From: Plasmodiophora brassicae
Taxonomy: Eukaryota
Assembly: GCA_036867785.1 (NCBI GenBank)
Contig: CP145417.1
Span: 558,001-622,000 of the forward strand
DNA: 64,000 bases
Direction: 5' to 3'
Below, piece after piece: positions 1 through 11,156 of the stretch. Position 1 is the first letter of the stretch, and every line of letters starts with the position of its first letter. A program made the translations under genes and the position numbers. The notes beneath the pieces are model-generated. The model was not told the DNA's origin and did not search any database. It saw only the letters and a program-made list of their open reading frames with translations.

Positions 1-1372
1 GGCGATGGCCAATGGGTGAAGTCGCGTCGGGAAATCGCTGTGCGGTACGCGCGATCATGGCTAATGGTCGACCTGATTTCGGCGCTTCCGCTGGACCTCA
101 TGTTCGCCGCTGCCGTCCACCTCCGGATCGTGAAGATCCTTCGTCTGGCGCAGCTACTTCGCGTGCTGCGCCTGTCCCGCTTCTGCAAGACGATGCAGGA
201 GAAACTGGCCATGCGCACGTCGGCCTATCGCGTCATTCGGTTCGTTGTGTTCCTGTGCATATCCGCGCATTGGTCGGCGTGTATCCTCTGGGCCATCGAG
301 CGCAACTCGCCTGAGCATGTCCGATGGCTCGACCGTGTCGGCCTGACGGGTACAAGGGTTTCCGGTTCGGCGATCTTCGTTGCCTGCCTCCAGTGGTCGT
401 TGTCGACCTTGTTCCCGATCGGATATGGCGACCTCGTGGCGACGTTGTACATACCCACACAGATCTATGCGATCGCCTGCATGGCGATCGGGGCGGGCGT
501 GTTCACGTTCATCATCACGCGATTCCATGGGCTGATTCGCGATGCCGAACATATCGAACGGACATCGTTCCAGCTCACTATGGAGCGCCTGACGCATGTC
601 GCTGAGGTGGCACGCCTGCCGGAAGACCTGCTCGCCGACCTACACGTGTTCATGCAGTACAACCGACGAGCGGCTGCTTCTGAGGCGTTTCACGAGCGAA
701 CTCTGCTCGACGAGCTGTCTCGTTCGCTTCGTGCCGAGGTGTGTACTGGTTGCTGGCGAATCAATTGCATGTTTCTTACTGGGGTGACAGGTGACTCGGC
801 ATACCATCAGCAATTTCGAAGCATCCGATGCGTTCTTGGTGGACTGTGTGCTGGCGATGACGACGCTATGCTTGCCACCGCGCGAGGTGATGTACGACAT
901 GGGCCGTAATGCGCTCTGGTTGATCATCGACGGCGAACTGGTACACGACGGCGAGCTTCTTCGTCAGGGCGACCACTTTGGCCAGTTGTCCTGGCAGGCA
1001 TCGAAGAGACAGACCGTAACTAGGACCAGGACGTGGTGCCACCTGTCTGTTCTCTCCAAAGCGTCACTGCTTGACGTCTTGAGAAAGTACGAGGGCATGC
1101 TGGATTCCACTGGCTTGCAGATCGCCGATCACGTGGAGCCCGACCTGACGGCTGGTGTCGTCACGAAAATCGTTCCCCGTTTGTCGCTCCGGCAAGCGCG
1201 GGCGTTGTTGGTCATAACGGAATCTCTGCGAAATCGTCTCCGTGCGCAAGACGTCCTGATCGAACGGGTCGACGAAGCGTTTGGCGCTCACATTGGGGCG
1301 AGAACACCGTCGCGATCTCAGGGCGACAGTGACGAAGACGAATCGTATAGGATACGACGCTTGTCAGGTTAA
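1..1372 (+). CDS. CNBD-family (EAG/HCN/plant-Shaker-like) cation channel, 5'-partial; intron 739-790
   Basis: IAVRYARSWLMVDLISALPLD (S2-S3), S4 KILRLAQLLRVLRLSRF, pore IGYGD, C-linker LLDELSRSLRAEV; GT..AG intron 739-790 joins a CNBD-like exon (GDHFGQ..TRTWCHLSVLSK). Confidence 0.85.
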
Positions 1373-1662
1373 GCTTGTCTGCGCACAGAATAAATATCAA
1401 TCGTAACCCTACTACAGCAATCTTGCCTGGAATCTTACCCGTCGAGATATGACGACGGAAGGCGTAGACGTCGCATGGAGTTCTGCAACGATGCTGAAGG
1501 CGAGATCCCGGCTGGTCTGGGAACGGGCGGGCATTAGTACTAAGAGCCGTTGCCTAGGGGATTGTCGATAGCTTCCTTAGGCGGCCGCCTGTTTCGTCCG
1601 GCGACGTCCGCGCGGCATGTTTCTCGAGCATACTGGCGCGCCTTCCGCCATCCAAGATCGGA

Positions 1663-1959
1663 ATGCCGCCGTCGCCTCAGCAGCAGGACGCCGCCGCCCG
1701 TTTTCGCGCTTTCAACGACATGGTCAATCGAATCCGGAAAGGCCAACCCATATCCGGCCACCTGCCCCACCAGTCATCACCGGCGAAAATCGTCCTTCTC
1801 CCTATACGGCAGCGGACCCCAACGCTGAACCGCACGCGCAGCGAGCCATCGGTCGCCGCGGGCACCCTGCGACAACGACCGCTGCCGACAAAATCACTGC
1901 TCAAAACTGCTGCCCTACTGAATGCGGGCAGATACCCTTTCCAGCCCAGCCGGAAATGA
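1663..1959 (+). CDS. Possible small hypothetical protein (5' end uncertain)
   Basis: 98-aa ORF filling the gap between two genes; no motif recognised. Confidence 0.25.
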   Translation: MPPSPQQQDAAARFRAFNDMVNRIRKGQPISGHLPHQSSPAKIVLLPIRQRTPTLNRTRSEPSVAAGTLRQRPLPTKSLLKTAALLNAGRYPFQPSRK

Positions 1960-2023
1960 AGTTGCGGCATGACATTAACTGGCTCACTGGCCACGGCAGA
2001 GTTCAAATCGCGTGGCGCGGCCC

Positions 2024-2089
2024 GCGGGGAACTGCATCGGATTTAAGTTGCGTGGCGCGGGGAACTGCATCGGGTTTAAGGCGCGTGGC
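2024..2089. repeat. Tandem duplication, 2 x 33 bp
   Basis: gcggggaactgcatcggatttaagttgcgtggc (2024-2056) / gcggggaactgcatcgggtttaaggcgcgtggc (2057-2089). Confidence 0.9.
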
Positions 2090-2103
2090 GCGCTGAAGCG
2101 TCG

Positions 2104-3314
2104 ATGGCATCGGCAGCGGTCGTGGAGGCGGCAGCAGCGGCGATGCCGGCAGTGTCGGAGGGTGTCGCTCGGCATATCCCGGTCCTGGTGGACAAAGTCG
2201 CGAACGCGCTCTGCAGAGAGTTGCGAGGGGTGATGCCGGGTCAGCCGAAGACAATGGTCGATGCGACCGTCGGCCTTGGGGGCCATGCCGCGCACCTGTT
2301 GAGCGAGGTAATGACATCGTAGGGTTAGACCAGAGGTTGCCATTTACGCTGAAGATATAATAGTTGCCCTCGCTGACGTCGTATGTTGGGATCGACCGAG
2401 GTGAGGGGCCAACGGTTTCGCTTTCGTTGATTGCGGTTGAAGTTTTCACTGTAGATCCTGAAGCGCTGCGACTCTGTAGAGATTCGCTTTCCGAGAAATT
2501 CCCATCGTTTAGATTGGAGGTCTTCCTGGACGGCGAGAAACAGGTGCTGAACAGCGGGGTCACCGATCGACGGATCGTTCTCGTTCACAGCTGTTTCTCT
2601 GACATCCATCGAGCGCTGGAGGTGGCCGAAGTTGATCGCGCTGACTGCATGCTGTTCGATTTGGGCGTGTCGTCGTTTCAGCTGGACAGCCCGGTGCGCG
2701 GGTTCGGTTTCAAGAACAACGGTCCGCTGGACATGCGGATGGATCGCGAACATGGAGACCGTACGGCCTTGGAGCACATAGGCAAGCAGTCGATTGTGTC
2801 CCTGGCTAAGATCCTGAAAGAGTACGGCGAGGAGAGGTATGCCTTGCGCATTGCCAAGAACGTTGTCAACAGCTTCGCCAGAGGCGAACTGCACACCACG
2901 GCTGACCTTGAAAGGCTTGCTTGGTCGGCCTATCCGGCCAACCAGCGTCCTTCAAGGACCCCAGCCGCGATTCGAAAGTCTGGTGGCCCTGGCGCTCAAC
3001 CCATTCACCCGGCAACGAAGACGTTCCAGGCCATTCGTATCGCGATCAACAACGAACTAGATCAGATCCAGGACGTCCTCCTGGAGATCCCAAAGCTCAT
3101 GAACCAGCTGGGCCGCGTGGGAGTCATCTCGTTTCACAGCCTCGAGGATCGAATCGTGAAACGGATGTTCCAGGCATACGTCAGCAAGCGGCTCGGGAAC
3201 ATCATCACGCCAAAGCCACTGCAAGCCGGTCCCGATGAGATCGAACAGAACCCGCGATCTCGGAGCGCCAAGCTACGCGTCTTCGAGATCGAAATAGGAT
3301 CAGCATCCAAATGA
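2104..3314 (+). CDS. rsmH: rRNA small-subunit m4C methyltransferase RsmH/MraW (METTL15-like); introns 2308-2363, 2401-2454
   Basis: HIPVL, VDATVGLGGHA, GIDRD (after splicing), DLGVSSFQLD..RGF, GPLDMRMD, HPATKTFQAIRIAIN, ISFHSLEDRIVK, NPRSRSAKLR. Confidence 0.95.
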
Positions 3315-3366
3315 ACTATGTAGCTGTGACGACAAACTAATTCTGATGGGATAGTTCAGCGTTCTA

Positions 3367-4488
3367 TTACATGGCATCGAGATCAGCTCCAACTTCCCTA
3401 CGATACCATTCCTCGTCGTCTGTGCCTTGACTGTCGCTATGAGCCTCTTGGCGTTGCTTCTTCTTGGCCTTAGCCTCTGCCACCTTCGCTGCCTTGCGCT
3501 TGACGTTGGCCTCCTGGGCCGCACGCCTAGCGGCCTTCGTGGCCTGCTTTTCGGCATAAGCGCGTCTCATCTCAGCAATCTCCTCAGGCGTCTTGTTGAC
3601 GAACCGGTTGTAGATGACAGGCCCACTGCACAGGCCTTCCTCGATCTTCAGCAGCTGCATGGTCATTCGAGGCCCGATTTCCTGCAGACGAATGGCGCTC
3701 TGCTGCGACTTGCGATTGCCGCGTCCCGAAAAGTCTTGTGGGAGGATGACACGCGAATCCTCAGCGTCGACCTCGCTCTCGCTAGCATTGCCGTTCAGGA
3801 CGTAGTCGCTGATGTCGTTGAAGTTGTGCAGGTCTGGAATGCGTGCACGGATGACCTTCTTGACGGTGCGTGTCAGTCCCGACGGCGATGCGTTGACAAG
3901 GTAGTGACGGAAATGAATGACATCCTTTTCGGCGTCGAGCGAGAACAAGACAACACGTCGGCAATCACTCAGCTTAATGGTCGCGACGTTCACAGTCGGA
4001 AACATGTTCTGAAACATAGCAGCCATGATCGGACGGACGTGGTCGCCATTCGGCGAAAAGTTATTCAAAACAACCAGGGGCGGATGCTGCAAATGGTTCT
4101 GAAGAGATGTGACAGGTCGTCGTGACATTCGCGCTACGTCAGCCAGCAACGTGTACTGCTGGACACGGAATGTTAGCGTAGGGCCGCGAGGAATACGCAA
4201 GAACCTAACGTTCGTCCCAAGATCGGTCTGCGACAATGCAACAATATGGGTCACACCCAATGGGCCACACACGGAAAGTATGTCACGCAGCCGCGTCTTG
4301 CTTCTTTCCTGCAATCGCCGAGCCGTGAACGGTTCCATAACGACTCGCAGGTTGCCAATGAGATCAACGATTGGCGGAGCCACGACTCCTCGCCGCATGA
4401 TCAATGACCTCGGTGCAAACGCCTCCTCGGTAGATTCCTCGCGTACATGAGTACGCCGCTTCTTTCGGCGGCCACCTCGAACAGGCAT
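3367..4488 (-). CDS. PPAN: Brix-domain ribosome biogenesis protein SSF1/Peter Pan (intronless)
   Basis: RRKKRRTH N-terminus, VMEPFTA, GPLGVTH, PRGPTLTF, FQNMFP, IHFRHY, AIRLQEIGPRMT. Confidence 0.95.
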   Translation of the reverse strand: MPVRGGRRKKRRTHVREESTEEAFAPRSLIMRRGVVAPPIVDLIGNLRVVMEPFTARRLQERSKTRLRDILSVCGPLGVTHIVALSQTDLGTNVRFLRIPRGPTLTFRVQQYTLLADVARMSRRPVTSLQNHLQHPPLVVLNNFSPNGDHVRPIMAAMFQNMFPTVNVATIKLSDCRRVVLFSLDAEKDVIHFRHYLVNASPSGLTRTVKKVIRARIPDLHNFNDISDYVLNGNASESEVDAEDSRVILPQDFSGRGNRKSQQSAIRLQEIGPRMTMQLLKIEEGLCSGPVIYNRFVNKTPEEIAEMRRAYAEKQATKAARRAAQEANVKRKAAKVAEAKAKKKQRQEAHSDSQGTDDEEWYRREVGADLDAM

Positions 4489-4696
4489 TGTGCAGAGCTG
4501 TTTCCTGCCGGGGAGGATTCACGGATTTCACGGACTCCGCCACGCAGTCCGAGAGCGAGGGTCTGCCGGGAACTGAGGGCCAGCGGTGGTCTAAGTTTGT
4601 TGCAAGTCCGCCGTCTTCAAGGTGCACATTGCACAATGACACAGGTATGAACATGCCCAACAGTTGTATTGCGTGATATTCGACAGGTGCCGGTTA

Positions 4697-7365
4697 TCAT
4701 TTCGTCTTTGTTGATCGCCCAATGCGGCTTTCGGTCGCAAATTGTGGTGACATTGGTTCCGTCAGGGGGATCATGCTTTTGCGAGTAGAGAACGGGCGTG
4801 GCGGACGAAAAGGCTTCGCCTTGAACGCCATCGCGTCGAGCGACGCAGCGAGTTCTTCATCGCGGCGCTTCTGTTCCTCGGCTTCGCGCTGCTTCCTTGC
4901 AGCTTCCGCTTCACGGTGCGCTTGCTCAACAGCGTGGTCAAACTGTTCCCGCTGCGGTATCCCAGTGAGAGTCATGGTCGTCTAAAATGGCAAGTCCATT
5001 ACAAACCTTAACGGCCCGTTCGGCAGTCGCCAAGTGGAATGGTTCTGGGACAACAGGCTCGTGCTGAGGTGGTTCTGGTACAAAAGGCTCTTTGATCCGG
5101 TGCAGTGGTACAGATGCCCGAAACGCGGAGAACTGTTCGTTCTCCTTGTCCAGCTCTTCTTGCATTTTCTGTGAACCAAACATTCAGAAAAGGCTATTCA
5201 AAAACAATACAGCAAAACAGACCTTCCGGAAGGAGGTAAGCATCTTCTCACTGAACTTCTGGCTACGCAGACGGAACGGTTTCGGCTCTGTGAGTGAAGC
5301 GTCGCTTTGCTGAACTTTCATCGGAGATGTGAAAACAAGAGGTCGAGCCTTGTACGTGCGAGCAGATTCCTCTGCCTCTTCCTGCGCCTTGGCCTAACAA
5401 CAAGGGAACCTTCAGAAACACCACTTTGCAATCTCGGTAATCTTATGCAAACGGACCTGAGCCATGAACTGGGCGCGCTTCTTGGCCCCGCGCTCCTCCG
5501 TCTTGAGAGCGAACGGTTCGGCAACGGTCACATGGCGGATATGGGAAACAGAAGAGCTTGCAGGGCGGGAGAAATCAGGCATGGGACGAGCATGGAATTC
5601 GACAGGAGGTTCTTCAGCCGGACTGGCAACCGATGGCTTTGATTTCGGTTTGGTAAGCATAGGAGAAATCGGAACCGTTAGTGAGTGACTTCTCTTTGAT
5701 GTGTGCGTTTGCGATGGCCCATTCAAAACTGACACAGGTACCTAAACCGCCATTAAGACAGGCGTTACGAAGGTATCCGTTTAGAGAATTTAACGAACCG
5801 GGCGTGCTTTGAACTGGTGGAACTCTTCCTTTTCCGACGTCTGAGGAGGGACCGAAGACGGACGCTTGGAGCTTGACAGCGAAAACTCCTTTGCCACTGT
5901 AGCAGACTTCTTGCGCACACGAGGGACACCAACATCACCCGTACTGTTAAACATCGGCAGTAAGAAGCGGTCGACAAACATGGCACCATGCATACCTGTT
6001 TAGGACACTACGCGGAACTTTTCGAGCCTTGAAGGCGGAATACGTCTTGATTTCTTTGAGCTGCTTCTCTTCAGTGCTCAATGTTGACGGTTTCGCGCGC
6101 GGAGTGGAAAAGTGGAATTCGTTTGGCGGCTTACGACAAGCAACTGAAGGAGTTGAGGGAGCTACACAAGCAACGGTGAGCGCCCATCAGAGGGAACCAC
6201 TAAGGCGGCAGTGTACCATGGCCTGCAGAGCGGTTCGCGAAAAACTTTTGGGTCGCAACAGAGAGTGGCTCATAGTCGCTCTTGGAAGTGGGCTCGGATC
6301 TCGTCGAATGCAGTGAGCTCGAGCGACTTACACTACGAGAGCCATCGAACGACCTCGTGCTGGACTTGCTCTTGGACCTTGAGCGTGTGGCGTCTTTCGT
6401 ATCCGTTGAGAATGACTGCGAAAATGTGGTCTTCGAACGATGCGCAGAAGAACTTCGGAATTCGAAAGGGCGCGGAACCGTGAGATGCTTCTTTGAATGA
6501 GAAGATGGCTGAACAGGTGGTGCTCCCGACAGCCCGGCTAGCATCCGCGTCTTGTTCCGCTCTCGAAGGGCTGCTGCAGCGCGCATCTCTTCGGCGAGCT
6601 TCTCCAGCTCCAGCTCTTCAGACGTTTTCGGAGACGGGCGACGAATGTTCCGGCTCTGTTGGAATCTTGGACGCTCTCCAGAAGCAACCGTCGTTGTACT
6701 GGCGCTTTTTTGAATAGCATCTATGCAGAATTAGGACACTTCAACAGATATATCAATCAGCTTACTCTTTGAGCGCGCCATCGCTGGTTTAAGCTTGTCG
6801 GCCTGTTTGCTAGGTGCGTTATTGCGAGCAGTGGCCGGGACGCGAGGGCGCATAAATCCAGGGACGTCGGACGATGTGCTCTTCGAGCTGTCAGGCAGAG
6901 CAATAGCAGCAGCCAGCTGTTCTGGAGCAAGAACTGAATAAGACGGGGCACGTAGCCCAGGCGACGGCGGCGGTGGGCCTCTCACAGCATCAAGAGCTGA
7001 GGACGAATTAAACCTAATTCGATCGGTGTGGCAACACAAACGGGCTGACCGGGTTGACTAATGGCGGGCGACGATTCCTTGCCCTGAGACGCGGGAGCAG
7101 ACCCTCCTTGAAGCAACGTCATGCGTCGGCCATCCTTTTCGAAGTACGACTCAGCGGCGATTGGGTCGTCACGGGCATTAACGAAGTCATGGAACTGAGG
7201 CGCGTTGAACTCATAGCTCGGGTCTGCATCCGCAGCGGTTAAGAGCCAGGCAATTGCAGGAGCGCCCACGCACTAACCAATGCTCGGTCGACCGCCTAGG
7301 AACGACACCGATCGAGAGCCTTCGTCATTGCGGCGGCCCTCCCCCTCTGGGCCTGGCGTCTCCAT
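4697..7365 (-). CDS. TPX2: TPX2-like spindle assembly factor (multi-exon)
   Basis: Aurora-binding motif DPSYEFNAPQFHDF; repeated TVPRPFEF, FKARP, LTVPISP, FHARPMPDF, TVAEPFAL, FKAKP and terminal LTEPMSPQFAT; start ATG 7365 inferred. Confidence 0.85.
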
Positions 7366-7902
7366 AGCGACACTACACTGCGTCTGTGCCGCGACAACAC
7401 CGAACTGACGGACACCAAAAACTCGTACGGAGGTCCCCACGCCACGCAGCCAGTGCCACCCCCCAAAATCAGAATGAGAAGTGCGCGCGCGCTCCAACCT
7501 TCTGGCTTGCACAGCACAGTATAAGGGCTTTTCCGGAAGCCAGGTTCCGTTGGTTGAGCAGGGAATGTGCATGAGCGGATGACACAGAAAATTTTATCCC
7601 TCCAGGCCGATACCTACTTTTTTTTCGCCCCCGATGACAATTCAAATCGATGGTCGTCCCGCCTATTCTAACCCTCCGTCTGCGTGGCGGTAAGTTCAAT
7701 GCACACAGCCTTGCCGCTGTACGGCAAGGGCTATTTCTGAGCGCGAATATGATGTAAGGTCGTCATGCTGGTAGGCAGTTTGTTGCAGGTTGAAATGCCC
7801 ATCATAGTCGTGCGGTGCTTTCCTAAAGTAGTTTGAACAGCAGACCTGGCGTCACCAACCGGACCGGATCATCGGAAACGACTCGTCTGCGCATTCCGCG
7901 AA

Positions 7903-8286
7903 ATGGATGCGGAAGCTGACGACGTCGAGTACGTGCTGCTGGACATTCCGGCCAGTCCTGAGTATTTGTTCAACGAGAAGCGTCTGGTGGTACAGGTACT
8001 GGCTAACTGTTGAGTGCTCGTGCTGTTTGGACCGAACGGAGTAAGTCAGAATTTGAACACGGACGCGCCGTCAATGGTTGTCGGAAGAAAGCACCTGGTG
8101 GGACGCCACGTGCCCATTATGGGAACATCACTGCTATTCGAAATTCAACATGGACAATCTCCGAGTAACGTCGCTGAGCCCGCGGTCTTTGGCGCAATCC
8201 ACAAGCCGCCTGCGAAGTCGCCGAAACGTCAGAAGCAGTCTCTTGAATACCTAGGAGCGGCGGTAACCAAAATTGTATTTGAATGA
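7903..8286 (+). CDS. TFIIIC subunit 6 (GTF3C6/Tfc7 N-terminal)-like small protein; intron 7996-8049
   Basis: Spliced MDAEADDVEYVLLDIP..VQ|NLNTDAPSMVVG..IMGTSLLFE resembles the TFIIIC_sub6 pattern. Confidence 0.6.
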
Positions 8287-8421
8287 AACAAATCCCAAAT
8301 CTTGACCCTACGACTGCCATTAACCTGGACTCCTCCTAGTTAGGTAGTTCGTGGCGGTTGCCGTACGTCGACTTGTCGAGAATTTTATTGGTGTCCCGGG
8401 ATTGCGCATGAAGGCGATCGG

Positions 8422-10125
8422 ATGGCACTGTTCGTGCAAACGAATGTCCTCGCCAGCGTGGATCAGATTCGATGCTCTAGCGATAAGCTGTCCAGGCGTC
8501 GCGCATGGAGACATGAATTAGACATTGCACAGCTGCGGCATGATGCAGTGTCTGTGACACAGGCCGTTGTCGAAGACAATTGGGACCGATGCCTGTTCCC
8601 AGGTTGGCAGTATGGCATCCGCTAATCCTATTTCCTCGCGTAAGGATTAATATCACAGAGGATTTGCCCGACCTGGAATACCCGTTTGTTGAAGGACTGG
8701 CGTTGGGTCACTCGATGCAATTCTCGGGCCCGCTCAGTCTCACCATGTACGGGCGGCATACACTGTCCCGAATTTTGCTCGTGCTTACATATAAGTAAGA
8801 ACCAAACATGTCCATTTCGCCATTCGCGTTGCTGAGTGTTGGCATTGCCAGGAACCCCGATCTCGTCTATTGTCCACTACTGGTTCATTTCATCGTCCTT
8901 ATGTTGACATTCTTAGACCCATCCAGGTTCGTTTATCAATCAGAAGCTTTTCGGTAGGGTTCTGAGTACACATTGACCAGGACCTTTGCTGTCGCCAATG
9001 CAATGGTGTGCTTGTCAAGGAACTCACCGCCCTCCGGACTTACGAAATACTTTCCTCTTCAGCGCAGCGACCTGGATATAATGGCCAGTTCCCTGTCTGG
9101 CCTCGTACCGAGTGGCATCCAGTCGCTGACCGAGTTCTTCACTGGCGAGTTTCTTGCGGTTATGTCTCTGCCAGTACAACTTCGTATATTTTCGTGCTTC
9201 GTGCACGAGGGTGCTAAGATCATATATCGTGTGGCAATCGCGATTATAAGGCGTTGCCGGCAGGATCTGCTATCCAGCGATTCTGAGTTGGCGACAACCG
9301 ACGCGTTCCGGCGCCTTTGCATAAGTCAGTATTGCGAATCGAAGGCGTTCATGAAAACTATATTTGCGATTCACTTAAGTCGATCGAGAATCGAACGGTT
9401 TATCCGTCAGGCTAAAGATTCCAGATCGCGTGCGTTGGTGATGGCACCTTCGACAAACCACGTCCCACTTTGGCCAAACATCGATCAGGCGCGAAAATGG
9501 TTCGACCCCGATTGTTCCGACATTTATCGGCGTGATTCACTCGGTGTAAATTTCGTGCTAGGTCCAACATCATCGACGTACAAACGTGGTTATTCCTTTG
9601 GGCCCAAGTACTGTCCGCAAGGTTCCGGTTTGGTTCCCCGCGAATTGCATTCTCAACTCAGGCCAATGGGCATTCTCTCGGCTTGCTGCGACAACAGGCT
9701 ATGCTGCAAGGCGCGTGTCTTCTCGTCATACGAGACAGTCGTAGAGTCGTGTTTGGGGTCTTCCTCTCACGAGGAATAACGGATGGGTGGCAAGTTGATC
9801 TCGAGGCCGTTGCCTTCACTAACCTCGGTGGATTTCGATCTTGGGGCATACCAGCAACAGCCAGCGTCGACGACGACCGCTGTGTCTTTGTATGCCACCT
9901 GTCTGATCGGTCTTTATCCGTTTCAGTCGGGTAGGGCGCTTCATCTGACCATCAATCTGTGGTTGATTGCGCCCGTTGTTTTATAGGTCGAAGCCCGTTC
10001 TATTGCTCCAGGAAGACCTTCAAGAAGGACGCGCTGAGTCTGTGCTCGGTAACGATCCGTTAACGCAAACCGCCGCCGATGGCGTGTTTATCGTGCATGA
10101 AGTCGAAGTCATAGTTAATTTTTAA
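8422..10125 (+). CDS. TBC + TLDc domain protein (TBC1D24-like), multi-exon
   Basis: PDLVYCPLL, RIFSCFVHEGAKIIYRVAIAI (TBC); STQANGHSL..LLVIRDS..VFGVF..HEVEV (TLDc); start uncertain. Confidence 0.75.
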
Positions 10126-10412
10126 AAGTCGCGATGTGCCTTCAGTGATAAACCAGGTGAGGTTTGTTGATTCGTACGTTTCGATACGTCTGAGGCCTGT
10201 AGTTTGTACGTCTTGTCAGGTGCCGATCCAGGCACAATACAGATTCGAATGGTTGTTCATCGTTCGTTCTGCGAGCGATTAGGTCGAGCGAACGACCCTT
10301 ATTGCCTTCGTTTCGTATGTTTGCTGCTGGTTCAGTCTTCTTTACTGACCTGCAGTCGTCTGTTTGGATTAGTGTATGATACGGTTTACTGTGCTGCCCG
10401 AGCGAGGATTGA

Positions 10413-11047
10413 TCACGAAGGTGGTGACTGCCTGCGAGGCATGACCATCTGTACCGGAAACGTTTCTTTGTTGTTGTAGTTGTTGACGGATCGAGGAGAA
10501 ACTATCGGTGATGTGCATGATGGAGACAACGTAGTCAGGTCATGGAATACGACGGGAGCCATATCCGTTTGGAACGCCGAAGAGAGCAGCTTGCTGGCGA
10601 CCGCGTCTGTGTTCCTACCAGTTACGAGTCCCTACATGCCACTGGGTAAGGTCATTTCTGACAAATACAATGGCACCATCCTAAAAGCACCTGAATGTCC
10701 AGGAAACAGAATGCCGCCGCTGGTCCGATCATGAATGAAAGCCCAAGCAAGACAAAGGCCAATTCGGTTGCCTCTGTGGATCCGACCATACGCGGTCGGT
10801 AAACGTGCACCGTGGGCACAACGACAGCGAGCAGAATCGCGCCGACCATCCAGCTCGCTAGCACGATCCGAACGATGTGCTTCAGTCTCTTGCGACGCTC
10901 CACTTCCTGTTCGCCCTCGGCCGCCAGCGGCGCTCCCATAGAGCCCGCCTTCCTTGTTTCGTCCGAGATAGTACACGCTCTGCCGATCGTCTGTCCCCTC
11001 AAGTCCAGAAGTATCTCTGCTGCAGATTCCCCAACTGGCAACTGCAT
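10413..11047 (-). CDS. Hypothetical small membrane protein (about 2 TM); exon limits uncertain
   Basis: ORF 10652-11047 has two hydrophobic segments after RRKRLKH; a plausible downstream exon ends near 10413. Confidence 0.35.
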
Positions 11048-11156
11048 AAATCCATTTCAGCTGTTTCGCTGCAATCCCGTTGTGGAACGGAAGGAAGGAC
11101 AGCGTTGCACTTGAAGGGTCGCAACAATATTTTTTGTGCGGTTGGGCGTGTGGTCG

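Noticed and set aside
2024-2089. CRISPR-like repeat
   Set aside because: Only two abutting units, no spacers, no cas genes, eukaryotic context.
2104-3314. rsmH as a recent bacterial transfer
   Set aside because: Organellar RsmH/METTL15 homologues are widespread in eukaryotes, and the gene has normal introns.
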